This document shows, one piece after another, positions 29,543 to 39,924 of a stretch of 64,000 bases of DNA. The translations under genes were made by a program, and so were the position numbers. Under the pieces are notes generated by a model, which saw nothing but the letters and a program-made list of their open reading frames with translations, searched no databases and was not told the origin of the DNA. The stretch comes from an uncultured Planctomycetaceae bacterium (GTDB lineage Bacteria; Planctomycetota; Planctomycetia; Planctomycetales; Planctomycetaceae), in NCBI GenBank assembly GCA_963800135.1, contig CAWCZR010000009.1:417245-481244 (forward strand). The letters run 5' to 3'. The first letter of the stretch is position 1, and each line of letters begins with the position of its first letter.

Positions 29543-31045
29543 ATGACGTCCCGCCGCGCGTTCGCCGTTGTCACCTGTTTCGCAGCTTTCTCGTGCTGTG
29601 CCTCAGCTCCGGTGCGGGCGGCCGAGCCGGTTGCCGCGCCGAGTGCCGAGGTCCAAAAACGCATCGCCACCGTTGAACGCAGTCTGATTCCGGTTGTCCG
29701 CATCAAGGGACGCGCGCCCAATCAGCTTGCCGAGCAGATGCAGCGGCTGCACGTCCCCGGCGTGAGTGTGGCGGTCATCAATCATGGCGAAATCGAATGG
29801 GCCAAGGGCTACGGGCTGGCCGACATCCACACCAAGACGCCGGTCACGTCCGAAACCCTGTTTCAAGCCGGCTCGGTCAGCAAGCCGGTGGCCGCGCTGG
29901 CGGCCCTCAAGCTCGTCGAAGAGGGAAAGTTGAATCTCGACGGCGGCGTCAACTCCCAACTCAAGTCGTGGAAAGTCCCCGAAAACAAATTCACCAAGCA
30001 GCACGCCGTCGATTTGCGGGGGATTCTAAGTCACACCGCCGGCTTCACCATTCACGGCTTTGCTGGCTACGTCGTCGGCAAGCCGATTCCGACGCTGATC
30101 CAGGTGCTCGACGGCGAGCGACCGCCCGCAAACTCGCGTCCGGTGCGGGTCGACAAAGTCCCCGGCAAAGGCTTTCGTTATTCCGGCGGCGGCGTCACGG
30201 TGATGCAGCAGCTGGTGATCGACGTCACCGGCCGACCCTTTCCGCAAGTCGTCCACGACCTGGTGCTCGCGCCATTGGCGATGACGTCGAGTACGTACGA
30301 ACAACCCCTCCCCGAAGCCTGGACGTCGCGCGCGTCGAGCGGCCACACGCGGCAAGGTAAAACGTTCATCGGCCGCTGGCACGTCTATCCCGAACTGGCG
30401 GCCGCCGGACTGTGGACCACGCCCTCCGACGTCGCCCGCTACGCGATCGAAGTGCAGCGCGAGCACGCCGGCAAATCGCACAAAGTCCTCTCGCACAAAT
30501 TGGTCGAAGAGATGCTCACGCCGCAGGGGGGCGGGCCGGTCGGGCTGGGACCGTTTCTCAGCGGAACGGGCGCCGCGCGACGCTTCGAGCACGGCGGAGT
30601 GAACGCCGGCTTCAATTGCAAATTCGTCGCCTACGTAAACGGCGGCCAGGGAGCCATCGTGATGACGAACTCCGACAGCGGCGGAGCGCTGTGCGAAGAG
30701 ATCCTGAACGCCGTCGCCGTGGCGTACGGTTGGCCCAACTATCTGCCGCCCGAGCGCGAGATCATCAAGCTCGACGACAAAACACTGGCGACGCTGGTCG
30801 GTAACTATAGCCTGGGGTTCTTCGGCGAAGTGAAGGTCGAACGCCGCGGCAACTCCCTCTTCGCCGTTTCACCGCAGGGCGAGTCGGAACTGTACTTCGA
30901 GTCTCCCACGAAGTTTTGCACCGACGACCAGGAGGCCAGCGGTCGCTTCGGCTTGGATGGCCAGGGGCGAGTGGCCGAGGTGATCATCAAATTCGGCGGC
31001 GAGGAAATTCACGCCAAGAAAAAACCGCCCGAGGCGAGCAAGTGA
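29543..31045 (+). CDS. Serine hydrolase, beta-lactamase/PBP4-type family, with C-terminal extra domain
   Basis: Signal-like MTSRRAFAVVTCFAAFSCCASAPVRA and active-site SxxK (FQAGSVSKPVAA). I set the start at ATG 29543. Confidence 0.8.
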   Translation: MTSRRAFAVVTCFAAFSCCASAPVRAAEPVAAPSAEVQKRIATVERSLIPVVRIKGRAPNQLAEQMQRLHVPGVSVAVINHGEIEWAKGYGLADIHTKTPVTSETLFQAGSVSKPVAALAALKLVEEGKLNLDGGVNSQLKSWKVPENKFTKQHAVDLRGILSHTAGFTIHGFAGYVVGKPIPTLIQVLDGERPPANSRPVRVDKVPGKGFRYSGGGVTVMQQLVIDVTGRPFPQVVHDLVLAPLAMTSSTYEQPLPEAWTSRASSGHTRQGKTFIGRWHVYPELAAAGLWTTPSDVARYAIEVQREHAGKSHKVLSHKLVEEMLTPQGGGPVGLGPFLSGTGAARRFEHGGVNAGFNCKFVAYVNGGQGAIVMTNSDSGGALCEEILNAVAVAYGWPNYLPPEREIIKLDDKTLATLVGNYSLGFFGEVKVERRGNSLFAVSPQGESELYFESPTKFCTDDQEASGRFGLDGQGRVAEVIIKFGGEEIHAKKKPPEASK

Positions 31046-31054
31046 GCGGGAAAC

Positions 31055-32311
31055 GTGGCCAGCATGCCTGATCGAGCCACCGGCCCAGCCGCTAACCAAT
31101 CTGTTGGCCCACCGGCGAGCCCGGCGCTGCGATTCGATTTCTTCGCCAACTCGCGGGTGCTGTTCGGCTGGGGGCGACGGACCGAAGCGGGCAGCGTCGC
31201 GCGGTCGCTGGGTGAGCGCGCGTTTCTGGTGACGGGCTCGCGGGCCCTCGAGCGTCAGGGTGTGATCGAGGAGCTCACGTCGTCTCTCCGGCAGGCGGGT
31301 CTCGCCGTCGTCTCGCTGGCTACCGTTTCGCGCGAGCCTGAGGTGACGGACGTCGATCGCGCCGTGGGGGACATTCTCGGTCACGGTCCGCGGGCGGGCG
31401 ACGTCGTCGTGGCTGTTGGCGGCGGTTCGGCGATCGATCTGGCCAAGGCGGTCGCGGCCCTCGCGACCAACCGACAGGGCACGAGCGTTGCAGACTACCT
31501 GGAAGGGGTGGGCAAAGGACTGAAGATCGAGACGCCGCCGTTGCCCGTGCTCGCTCTGCCGACGACGGCGGGGACCGGCAGCGAGGCGACGAAGAACGCC
31601 GTCATTTCCTCGACGAGGCCGCCCTATAAAAAGAGCCTTCGCAGCGAGCTGATGATCCCGCGGGCCGTGCTGATCGATCCGGAACTGACCGTCGGCTTGC
31701 CGCCACACGTCACCGCGCACACGGGGATGGACGCGATCACGCAGCTCATCGAAAGCTACCTCTCGCGTCGCGCTCAGCCGATCCCGCAGGCGCTGGCGCT
31801 CGACGGCCTGGCACGGGCCCTTCCCGCGATCGAACGGGCCGTCACGAACGGCAGCGACCGCCCCGCGCGGGAAGCGATGGCTTACGCCGCCTATTTATCG
31901 GGAGTCGCCCTGGCCAATTCGGGCCTGGGGCTCGCGCATGGCGTGGCGGCGGCGCTCGGCATTCATTGCGGCATGCCCCACGGCCTGGCATGCGCCGTCA
32001 TGCTGCCGACGGCCCTCCGCATCAATCGCGACGTCGGCGCTGTTGAGCTGGCACGGCTTTGGACTCTTGTCGACCCGGCCTCGCGGCATTCCAACGGCGA
32101 CGCGGCCGACCGTGACGCAGCCGACCGCTTCATTGAGCAAATCGCAGCAATCGCCCGGCGGATCGGCATCGCCTCGCGACTCTCATCTGTCGGCGTCGAG
32201 CGCACGGCCATTCCCGCGCTGGTCAAGAGTTCGCGAGGCAATAGCATGGACGGCAACCCGCGCGATGTCAGCGACGCCGAGCTGACCCAACTGTTGGAAG
32301 GGCTGCTCTAG
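31055..32311 (+). CDS. Iron-containing (group III) alcohol dehydrogenase family protein
   Basis: VVAVGGGSAIDLAKAVA, LPTTAGTGSEATKNAVI, HTGMDAITQLIES, LGLAHGVAAALG. The start is GTG 31055 or ATG 31064. Confidence 0.8.
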   Translation: MASMPDRATGPAANQSVGPPASPALRFDFFANSRVLFGWGRRTEAGSVARSLGERAFLVTGSRALERQGVIEELTSSLRQAGLAVVSLATVSREPEVTDVDRAVGDILGHGPRAGDVVVAVGGGSAIDLAKAVAALATNRQGTSVADYLEGVGKGLKIETPPLPVLALPTTAGTGSEATKNAVISSTRPPYKKSLRSELMIPRAVLIDPELTVGLPPHVTAHTGMDAITQLIESYLSRRAQPIPQALALDGLARALPAIERAVTNGSDRPAREAMAYAAYLSGVALANSGLGLAHGVAAALGIHCGMPHGLACAVMLPTALRINRDVGAVELARLWTLVDPASRHSNGDAADRDAADRFIEQIAAIARRIGIASRLSSVGVERTAIPALVKSSRGNSMDGNPRDVSDAELTQLLEGLL

Positions 32312-32330
32312 CGACGGGCGCGGGCGCGAA

Positions 32331-33419
32331 TCAGCTCGCGGAGGCCGGGGCTGCCGGCGCCGCCGCGTCCCGCTCGGCCGCCAGGCGCAACTGGCCGCAG
32401 GCCGCGTCGATATCCGCCCCTTTGCGTTTGCGGACGGTCGCCGCAATTCCGGCCGACGTGAGCGTTTCGACAAACGCCGTGACGCGCGCCTGGGTGGGGG
32501 CGATGAACTCGAGTTCGTTGACGCCGTTCATCGGGATCAAGTTGACGTGGGCGCCGCGTCCCTCCAGCACTCGCGCGAGTTGGCGCGCCTGGTCCAGGCC
32601 GTCGTTGACGCCGCCGAGCAACACGTACTCGAAGGTCACACGGCGGCCCGTTTCCCGGAAGTAATCGTCGGCCGCCTCGAGGATCGCCTGCATGCCTGTT
32701 TTTTCGTTGACCGGCACAAGCCGATTTCGCAGTTCGTCGTCGGGAGCGTGCAGCGAGACGGCCAGGTTGAACGGCTTGCCGCAACGGGCCAGCTCGCGAA
32801 TCTTTTCCGGCAGGCCGACGGTCGAGATCGTGATGCGGCGAGCGCCCAGGCCCAGTCCGCCCTTCTCGTTGAGCGTCTCCATCGCCGGGAGCAGCGACTT
32901 GAGGTTGGCGAGCGGCTCCCCGATGCCCATCACGACCACGTTGGTGATCCGCTCGTGGGGCGTGAGCAGCCGATCGAGCCGCAGCACCTGCTCGATGATT
33001 TCGCCGGTTGACAGGTTGCGTTTCACGCCCAAGAGGCCGCTCGCGCAGAACACGCAGCCCATCGCACAGCCGACCTGCGTGCTCAAGCACACGGTGACGC
33101 GGTCGGGCTCGCGCATCAGCACGGCTTCGATGTGGTTGCCGTCGGCCAGCCGCAGCACCAACTTTTCGGTGCGATCGCTGGCCACCTGGTGCCGGGCAAT
33201 CTCCGAGCTGAACAGGCGGAACTGACTGACCAGCGCGCTGCGGAACGACTTCGGCAAGTCGTGCATGCTCTCCCATTCGCTGACCCGCTTGCCGAAAATC
33301 CAACGCCGAATCTGCTCAGCTCGAAACGGCTGCTCGCCCTGGGCTTGGCACCAGGCGGCTAATTCGGCGCGCGACAGGTCGGTGATCAGCGGCAAGTCAG
33401 TCACGGGGGCGTTCGACAC
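32331..33419 (-). CDS. rlmN: 23S rRNA/tRNA (adenine-C2)-methyltransferase, radical SAM
   Basis: PFRAEQIRRWIF, radical-SAM cluster CAMGCVFC, NVVVMGIGEPLAN, IPMNGV, DIDAACGQL. Confidence 0.9.
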   Translation of the reverse strand: MSNAPVTDLPLITDLSRAELAAWCQAQGEQPFRAEQIRRWIFGKRVSEWESMHDLPKSFRSALVSQFRLFSSEIARHQVASDRTEKLVLRLADGNHIEAVLMREPDRVTVCLSTQVGCAMGCVFCASGLLGVKRNLSTGEIIEQVLRLDRLLTPHERITNVVVMGIGEPLANLKSLLPAMETLNEKGGLGLGARRITISTVGLPEKIRELARCGKPFNLAVSLHAPDDELRNRLVPVNEKTGMQAILEAADDYFRETGRRVTFEYVLLGGVNDGLDQARQLARVLEGRGAHVNLIPMNGVNELEFIAPTQARVTAFVETLTSAGIAATVRKRKGADIDAACGQLRLAAERDAAAPAAPASAS

Positions 33420-33508
33420 GAGAAAGTCACGCTTAATGAGGAGGACGTCAGAAAGCGAAAGAGGGCGACAATCCTATTCTAATGACCGTGCGTGGTCTTA
33501 CGATCAAC

Positions 33509-33544
33509 GGGCAAGGCGGCATGCCATGCCAGCTTGCCCTACGG
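33509..33544. repeat. Short palindromic intergenic element (GGGCAAG...CATGCCAGCTTGCCCTACGG family), copy 1
   Basis: GGGCAAGGCGGCATGCCATGCCAGCTTGCCCTACGG. Related copies lie at 47655 and 60404. Confidence 0.7.
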
Positions 33545-33698
33545 AATCGCGCCTGCGCACTTGCGGGCTCGATCGTCGAGCGCTTTCTCCGCCGGGATAA
33601 GTTTCCGCGGAATCTCGCGAATTTCGCGTCCGGACTGAAAAATCCCGCGGCGGCCGGCGTCTCTATCGTGAGAAGACGACACTCCCCGACGCCGCCGC

Positions 33699-34205
33699 AT
33701 GAGCTTCCTGACGCCGGAACTGCTGGGCCAGCTGATCGATGAGCATGCGGCTGCGCTCGAGCTGTTCGCGTCGCAGTGGTCGCGGGCGCCGGCGGACGTC
33801 GTGCAGGAAACGTTCGTGGAGCTGGCGCGACAGCCACGGCGGCCGGACAACCTGATCGCCTGGCTCTACCGGGTCGTGCGACACCGGGCCTACGATCGTC
33901 GGGCGGAGTCGCGGCGACGGCGGCGCGAGAGCGTCGCGGCCGCGGAAAATGAGCCCCGGTTTCGGCCGGCGAGTGCGGGGCAAATCGTCCCGCAGGATGC
34001 GACCGAGGCCCTGCGCGAATTGCCCGATGAACTCCGCGAGGTCGTGGTGGCCCGCATCTGGTGTGGACTGACATTCGAACAAATCGGCGAAATCACGCAA
34101 ACGTCCGCCGCGACCGTCTTTCGCCGGCATCGGGAAGCACTTTTGCTCTTAAGAAGTCGATTGGGAATCGCATGTCTGGACCAAGAGAAAACCTCGAACG
34201 CGTGA
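33699..34205 (+). CDS. ECF-type RNA polymerase sigma factor
   Basis: Region 2-like is DVVQETFVELAR..IAWLYRVVRHRAYD. Region 4 HTH is REVVVARIWCGLTFEQIGEITQTSAATVFRRHREAL. Confidence 0.8.
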   Translation: MSFLTPELLGQLIDEHAAALELFASQWSRAPADVVQETFVELARQPRRPDNLIAWLYRVVRHRAYDRRAESRRRRRESVAAAENEPRFRPASAGQIVPQDATEALRELPDELREVVVARIWCGLTFEQIGEITQTSAATVFRRHREALLLLRSRLGIACLDQEKTSNA

Positions 34206-34717
34206 GCGAGCTGTCGGACGACGAACGGCAGATCGAGCGCTTGCTCGCCGAGCTGACTCCACGCGACAGCCGCATGAGCCGCGACCGGACGATATTCCGT
34301 GCCGGTCAGGCGACGGGACTGTCACCAGCGACCGAGTCGCGGAAGAAGCGCTGGGTCTGGCCGGCCGTCACCGTGTGCTCAACCGCCGCCGGTCTCGTGG
34401 CAGGTTTGTTCATCGCCGGACCGAGCCGGCCCGCAGTCCTGATCGCGCGGCAGACCTCGGAGACTCCGCCCACCGGTCCGCCGTCGACAGTCGCGCATGC
34501 GAATGAAGCGGAGACTGTCGTCGCCGATTCCCCGGCGCTCTTGGAGCTGCGGATCGCGTTGGCCCGCCGAGCGGGGAACGAACTCGCCTGGGCACAGTCC
34601 GACTTGTCGGCAAACCGCAGTCGCCGTGCGGTCGACGCGCCCGCGGCAAGTGCCTACGCTCCGCTGACCTACGGAGCCGCCCTCGGCCAACTGAGTGCGG
34701 AAGAGAAGGCCTTGTAA
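34172..34717 (+). CDS. Putative anti-sigma factor (single TM)
   Basis: ATG 34172 overlaps the sigma gene end by 34 nt. It has a short cytoplasmic N-terminus, a TM span WVWPAVTVCSTAAGLVAGLFIAG and an extracytoplasmic tail. Assigned by position only. Confidence 0.5.
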   Translation: MSGPRENLERVSELSDDERQIERLLAELTPRDSRMSRDRTIFRAGQATGLSPATESRKKRWVWPAVTVCSTAAGLVAGLFIAGPSRPAVLIARQTSETPPTGPPSTVAHANEAETVVADSPALLELRIALARRAGNELAWAQSDLSANRSRRAVDAPAASAYAPLTYGAALGQLSAEEKAL

Positions 34718-34726
34718 GACAAATGC

Positions 34727-34812
34727 AGGGCTCTTCGGTCGCCGCGCGTTGGAGTAGGATCGAAGCGGAGCTTCGAGGAGATGCGTTCCCAAGCAGAGCT
34801 TGGGAACGAGAG
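34727..34812 (+). repeat. Partial copy (B module plus part of A) of the multi-hairpin repeat element
   Basis: 34747-34812 matches 34912-34977 with 3 mismatches in 66 nt. Confidence 0.8.
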
Positions 34813-34851
34813 AAAAATGCAAAATTGCCGCTCGCTCATGCTTCGGGTTTT

Positions 34852-34977
34852 CCTCGGTCCCAAGCTCTGCTTGGGACCGCACATACCCGAAGCTCTGCTT
34901 CGGTCGCTGCACGTTGGAGCAGGGTCGAAGCGGAGCTTCGAGGAGATGCGTTCCCGAGCAGAGCTTGGGAACGAGAG
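34852..34977 (+). repeat. 126-bp four-hairpin repeat element (A+B modules)
   Basis: Four consecutive stem-loops: GGTCCCAAGC-tct-GCTTGGGACC, CCGAAGC-tct-GCTTCGG, TCGAAGC-gga-GCTTCGA, TTCCCgAGC-aga-GCTTGGGAA. Its reverse complement lies at 42681-42804. Confidence 0.85.
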
Positions 34978-35036
34978 AACAACATCATCATCAAGCCATC
35001 ATCATCAACTCAGCGATTGCTCTTGGGAGACGGACG

Positions 35037-36498
35037 ATGCGGACAGTTTTCGGGCCGGTGATTGTGCTCGGCTTCCTCGGGAACGCGTGCTGGGCGGGGG
35101 GCCCGGAAAAATCGCAGCCCGCGAATCTTCCGCCCGCCCCGGCCGATGAGCCGCCGGTCGTGCGGCTGGTGGTCTCGCCGGCGGCGGAGCCGGTGCCCGC
35201 TCTCAAGTACCGCTTGTTGCCCGCCTTGGCCGAGCAAACGCCGGGAAATGCCGCCCTCGACTATAGCCACGCCGTGAATCGCGACCTGCCTCGGTTTGAT
35301 CAGAACAAAGTCAACAGGCCCAATTCCTGGCTCGATCTGCCCCCCGATCGATTGCCGGTCAAAGAGCTGGAGACGACCCTCGCTTCGTACGCGCGCTCCT
35401 TAACGGACCTGGAGCAGGCGGCGCATCGCGAAATGTGCGACTGGCAACTTCCAATCAGTCGCGACGGCTTCAATACGAATTTGGACGACTTTCAGAACCT
35501 GCGGATCCCCGCCAGAATCCTGGCCCTGAAGGCCCGCCTGCAGATCGCCCGCGGCGACCTCGACGGCGCACTGTCGACGATCGCGACGACCTTCAAAGTC
35601 AGCCTCGATTGCAACCAGGGTCGACTGATCATCCCCTCGCTGATTGCGTGCGCCATCGCCGGGATCAACAGCGATACCGTGCAAGCCTTCATTCAACAGC
35701 CGCAGGCGCCGAACCTGTATTGGGCGCTCACCGACCTTCCTTCGCCCCTCATCGAGTGCCGGGAGGCTCTCAACGTCGAAGGCATGGCCGTCGATTACGA
35801 ATTCCCGCAACTGGCCGTGTTTCGTTCGCGGCGGCTCAGCGCCGAAGAAGCGCGACATCAATCGGATGAACTCCTCGCCCGCTGGTTTCGCGACACAAAA
35901 TCCTTCGTCGAGGGGGGCCCCAAGACGCTGGAGGAGGCCCACGCGAAGTTTGCCTCGGCAGCCCGGGCCGCCAACGACAAGCAGGCTTTGCTTGATTCTG
36001 GCTGGTCCAAAGCCGACGTGGCAGCCATGGCCCCCGAACAAATCGCCTGGCTGATCTCGGACCGTCACTGGAGGATTCTGTCGCGACGAATTAGTGAAAT
36101 GGGCGGGCGTGCCCGCGCCGCAGGCCCTCGCGGGGACTCAACGTTCGCAAGATCGTTTTAAAGAGTTTCTCTCGGCCGAAACCAATCCGCTCGCCGATTT
36201 CGAGTTCGTGAAGTTCATGCCCACGACTGCGCTGCTGGGAGCGGTGGCTCGTCGCGACCGTGTGATCGCCTTCCTGCGCGTGATCGAAGCGCTCCGGATG
36301 CACGCCGCGACACACGCAGGCAAGTTACCGTCGACGCTCAAGGCGATCGAGGCCGTGCCGATTCCGATCGACGTCCTCTCGGGCCAGCCGTTCCTCTACC
36401 GCCTCAACGCCGACGGCACCGCGGACCTGCAGACGCCGGCCGTGCACCCGAACAACCGTTTCTACGGCCGACACTCTGTGATTCAGATCCGGAAGTGA
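35037..36498 (+). CDS. Secreted hypothetical protein with one apparent +1 frame break
   Basis: Signal peptide MRTVFGPVIVLGFLGNACWA. Frame 1 runs to ..SDRHWRIL, and the protein continues as RDELVKWAGVPAPQALAG... in the frame of ORF 36094-36498. The junction is at about 36078-36084. Confidence 0.6.
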
Positions 36499-36549
36499 CT
36501 CACGTCCGGAAACGATTCACATGCCGCGGTCAAAACCTTCGGCCGCGCG

Positions 36550-38040
36550 TCACTCCGTCAGATCCTGCGTCTGCGGCTCCGGCAGGAAGGAGCAGGCGAT
36601 CGAGCCGACGACGTAGACGAAGAGCGCCACGCCGGCCGCCGTGAAGGCAAAGTGGCCCGCGTCGACGAGCGCAGCCTGCGGCGGGGCCAGGTCCTTGGCC
36701 TTCGGCAGGTGCGTGGCGATCGTGCTCGTCACCAGGGCGAAAAATGTCCCGATCATGCGGCCGCCGATGTTCGCGGCAAAGCTCTCGCCCGTGCCGCGGA
36801 GGTGCACCGGGTAGACGTAGGGCAGATAGTTGCCCCAGAAACTGAACTGGGCGACCGTGAACAGGCCGCAGAAGAAGATGCCGATTTGCGCCCAGCTCAG
36901 GTGCATTGAGCCGACACTCAACACCGCGCGGTTATCGAACGCCCCCAGCGCGAAGAAGAAGGCGGGCATCACCAACAGGCCGGGCAGCTGGAACACTCGC
37001 AACAGCCCGCGGCGGCTGACGATCTGCACCGCCAGCATCGCCAGCAGGAAGCGGCCCACCAGTCCGCCGATCTCTTGAAACTCGGCGTATTCGGCGGCGG
37101 CGGTCTGATCGATCCGCTTGAGGGCCTTCGGCTGCGCGCCGTTCTTGATCGCTTCAGCCTTCTCAGCCTTCACCTCGGTCAAGCGGGGGACGATTTGCGG
37201 CATCTGCTGGATGGCCCCGAACGCCGCGCCGAAACTGCAGGCAAACATCAGCGTGCTGACGATGGTCGTCCTGCGGAAAGCCGGCGCGAAGACCTCGAAA
37301 ATCGACGGCCGACGCAACGTTCCGGCCTTCCGTTTCTCCTGCCAGACCGGCGACTCGGGCAGGAACGGCCGGATCACGATCAGCGGGATCGCCGGAATCA
37401 GGCCGGACAAGAGCGTGTACCGCCAGGCGACGTGCGGATCGCTGATCGTGCCGAACATCGAGTTGAGGGCCGACGGAATCTGCAGCCCGGGCAGCTTCCC
37501 CGAATAGTGAATGGCGAACCAGTTGGCCCCGGCGACCAGCAAACCGCCGATCGAGGAAAAGGCTTGCGTGTAGCCCAGGGCCCGCTCGCGCTGATCGCGA
37601 TCTGCAAACAGCTCGGCGATCCAGGCGATGGCCGCCACGAACTCGACGCAGACGCCCACGAACGTGAAACACCGCAACACCAGCAGCATCGGCAGCGACG
37701 TGGCATAGCCCGAGGCGAACGTGGAAACCGCGTAAAGCAAAATGCTCCACGTAAGAATGCGGCGGCGGCCCAACCGGTCTGTCAGCCAGCCACCGAGCAA
37801 GCCAAAGATGCCGCCGAAGATGGCCGGCACATAGAACAACAGGCCCACCCAGTAACCGAACTGCGGAGTCCCGGGCTTGATGCCGCCCAGGTCGTCGAGC
37901 GCCGGCCGCACGATCAGCGGCAGCATCAGCAGTGAATAGGTGTCGAACGCAAAGCCGATCGACGAGATGATGCAGATCAGCCATTTCACGAAGGTGAACG
38001 GAGGTTTTCCGGAAGCAGAGACATTCGCCGTGGTCATCAA
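36550..38040 (-). CDS. MFS transporter
   Basis: 496 aa with 12-TM-type layout and the MFS loop motif GGWLTDRLGRRRIL. Confidence 0.85.
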   Translation of the reverse strand: MMTTANVSASGKPPFTFVKWLICIISSIGFAFDTYSLLMLPLIVRPALDDLGGIKPGTPQFGYWVGLLFYVPAIFGGIFGLLGGWLTDRLGRRRILTWSILLYAVSTFASGYATSLPMLLVLRCFTFVGVCVEFVAAIAWIAELFADRDQRERALGYTQAFSSIGGLLVAGANWFAIHYSGKLPGLQIPSALNSMFGTISDPHVAWRYTLLSGLIPAIPLIVIRPFLPESPVWQEKRKAGTLRRPSIFEVFAPAFRRTTIVSTLMFACSFGAAFGAIQQMPQIVPRLTEVKAEKAEAIKNGAQPKALKRIDQTAAAEYAEFQEIGGLVGRFLLAMLAVQIVSRRGLLRVFQLPGLLVMPAFFFALGAFDNRAVLSVGSMHLSWAQIGIFFCGLFTVAQFSFWGNYLPYVYPVHLRGTGESFAANIGGRMIGTFFALVTSTIATHLPKAKDLAPPQAALVDAGHFAFTAAGVALFVYVVGSIACSFLPEPQTQDLTE

Positions 38041-38334
38041 GTCACCGGGGAGGGGCCGTGTTGGAACTGAAACGTGCTGGAGTGAAGCCGGGCGGAAAGT
38101 CGCGGCGTTCGGCCAGCAAAGTTCGGCCCCGATTCTAAAGAACGGTCCCGCGTTGTGCGACGCAGCGGGCGCTGAAATGGGCCGCCGCGCAGGTCATCGC
38201 GAATTGCTGGTGATTTGCACAGGCTCCGCGCCGCGGTTACTTTCGGAGATCGATCGCGGTGCCCCGATCTCCGGTGGGCGCATGTTAATCTTTTGCCACA
38301 GACGGCTCGCCGCGGCCGGGTCACAAGGTGTTTG

Positions 38335-39898
38335 ATGCACGGCTTTGACGCGACGGCCTCGCCTGCTCCGGAAAGTTTTTCCGGCCCGTGGTATCGGGCC
38401 ATGAATCGCTACCACTGGTTCGTGCTGGCCGTCGCCGCCATGGGCTGGCTCTTCGACACGATGGACCAGCAGCTCTTCGTGCTCGCGCGGCCCGCGGCGA
38501 TGGAAGACCTGCTCCCCATTCCGGCCGGCGCCGACGCGAAAACCGCCGACGGCATCCGCGCCACGCGGGCCACGGCGAGCGGCAATGCGACCACCATCTT
38601 CATGACTGGCTGGGCGACAGGCGGGCTGGTGTTCGGCGTGCTGGGCGATCGCATCGGCCGCGCCCGCACGATGATCGTCACCATTCTGCTCTACTCGCTC
38701 TTCACCGGGCTCAGCTCGCTCTCGCGCGGAGTTTGGGACTTTGCGTTCTATCGGTTCCTCACCGGGTTGGGAGTCGGGGGCGAATTTGCCGTCGGCGTGG
38801 CGCTGGTGGCCGAAGTCATGCCGTCGATGGCCCGCCCGTATGCGCTCGCGCTCTTGCAGGCGCTCTCGGGCATCGGCAACGTGACGGCCGCCTTGATCTT
38901 TCTGGGGCTGGGCTTCGCGCAGGAGCACGGCTGGATCGCGCGGGCCCTGGGGAGCGGAGCGGTTGCCGTCCCCTGGCGAATCATGTTCCTGGTCGGCGCC
39001 CTGCCCGCGGTCGTGGCCGTTCTTGATCATGCGGCGGCTGAAAGAGCCCGAGGCCTGGCAACGCGTCAGCCACGACGGCACGATGACGGCGCAGCTCGGC
39101 TCGTATCGCTCGCTCTTCCGCGAGCCGGTGCTGCGAAGCCGCGCGCTCTTTGGATTGATGCTCGGCTTTGCCGGCGTCGTCGGCCTGTGGTCGGTCGGCT
39201 TTTACACGTTCGATCTGATTCGCTTCGTGCAGCGCAAGCCGGTGACCGAGCGGGTCTATCGCGAGCAGCGCGAAGCCGCGGCGCGGGCCGGCGATCGGGC
39301 CCGCGAGGCGCAGCTCGAGACGCTGTCGGCCGACGCGTGCAAGTCGTCGGCCACGTTGCCCAGCGACCTCAACCAGCTCAAGACCGATCTGGATGCATCG
39401 GTCAGCGGGCGGCTGGCGCGGTGGAGCGCCTACACGTCGATTGCCATGAACATCGGGGCGGCGCTGGGCATGTTCGGCTTCGGCGCGCTCGCCCAGCGCA
39501 TCGGCCGCCGGCCGACGTTCGCCTTGGCGTTTCTGGCAGCCTTTGTGAGTACGTTGGCCGTCTTCTGGTTCCTGCAGGACTTTTGGCAGATCTGGTTGAT
39601 GGTGCCGGTGATGGGGTTCTGCCAGCTCTCGCTATTTGCCGGTTACGCCATTTATTTCCCCGAGCTGTTTCCGACGCGGCTGCGCTCGACGGGCACGAGC
39701 TTTTGCTACAACGTCGGCCGGTTCGTGGCGGCCGCCGGTCCGTCGGCGCTCGGCTTGTTGCGGAGCCGCGCGTTTCACGGCTTGGGCGAGCCGCTCGACA
39801 TGCGCTACGCCGGAATGACGATGTGCACGGTCTTCCTGCTGGGACTTTTGGCGCTTCCGTTTCTGCCGGAGACCAAGGGACAGCCGCTGCCGGAGTGA
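38335..39898 (+). CDS. MFS transporter with one apparent +1 frame break
   Basis: The N-half in frame 1 has GVLGDRIGRARTM. The C-half is in the frame of ORF 38963-39898. The join ..LPAVVAV/LIMRRLKEPEAWQ lies at 39022-39025. The start is ATG 38335 or 38401. Confidence 0.8.
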
Positions 39899-39924
39899 GA
39901 GTCGGGCAGGACGCGGGGACAACA

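Noticed and set aside
34379-35061. ORFs crossing the hairpin repeats (34379-34912, 34669-34884, 34723-35061, and likewise 42458-43115).
   Set aside because: They are translations of the palindromic repeat elements on both strands (..AELRGDAFPSRAWERE.., ..QAELGNE..) and have no independent coding signal.
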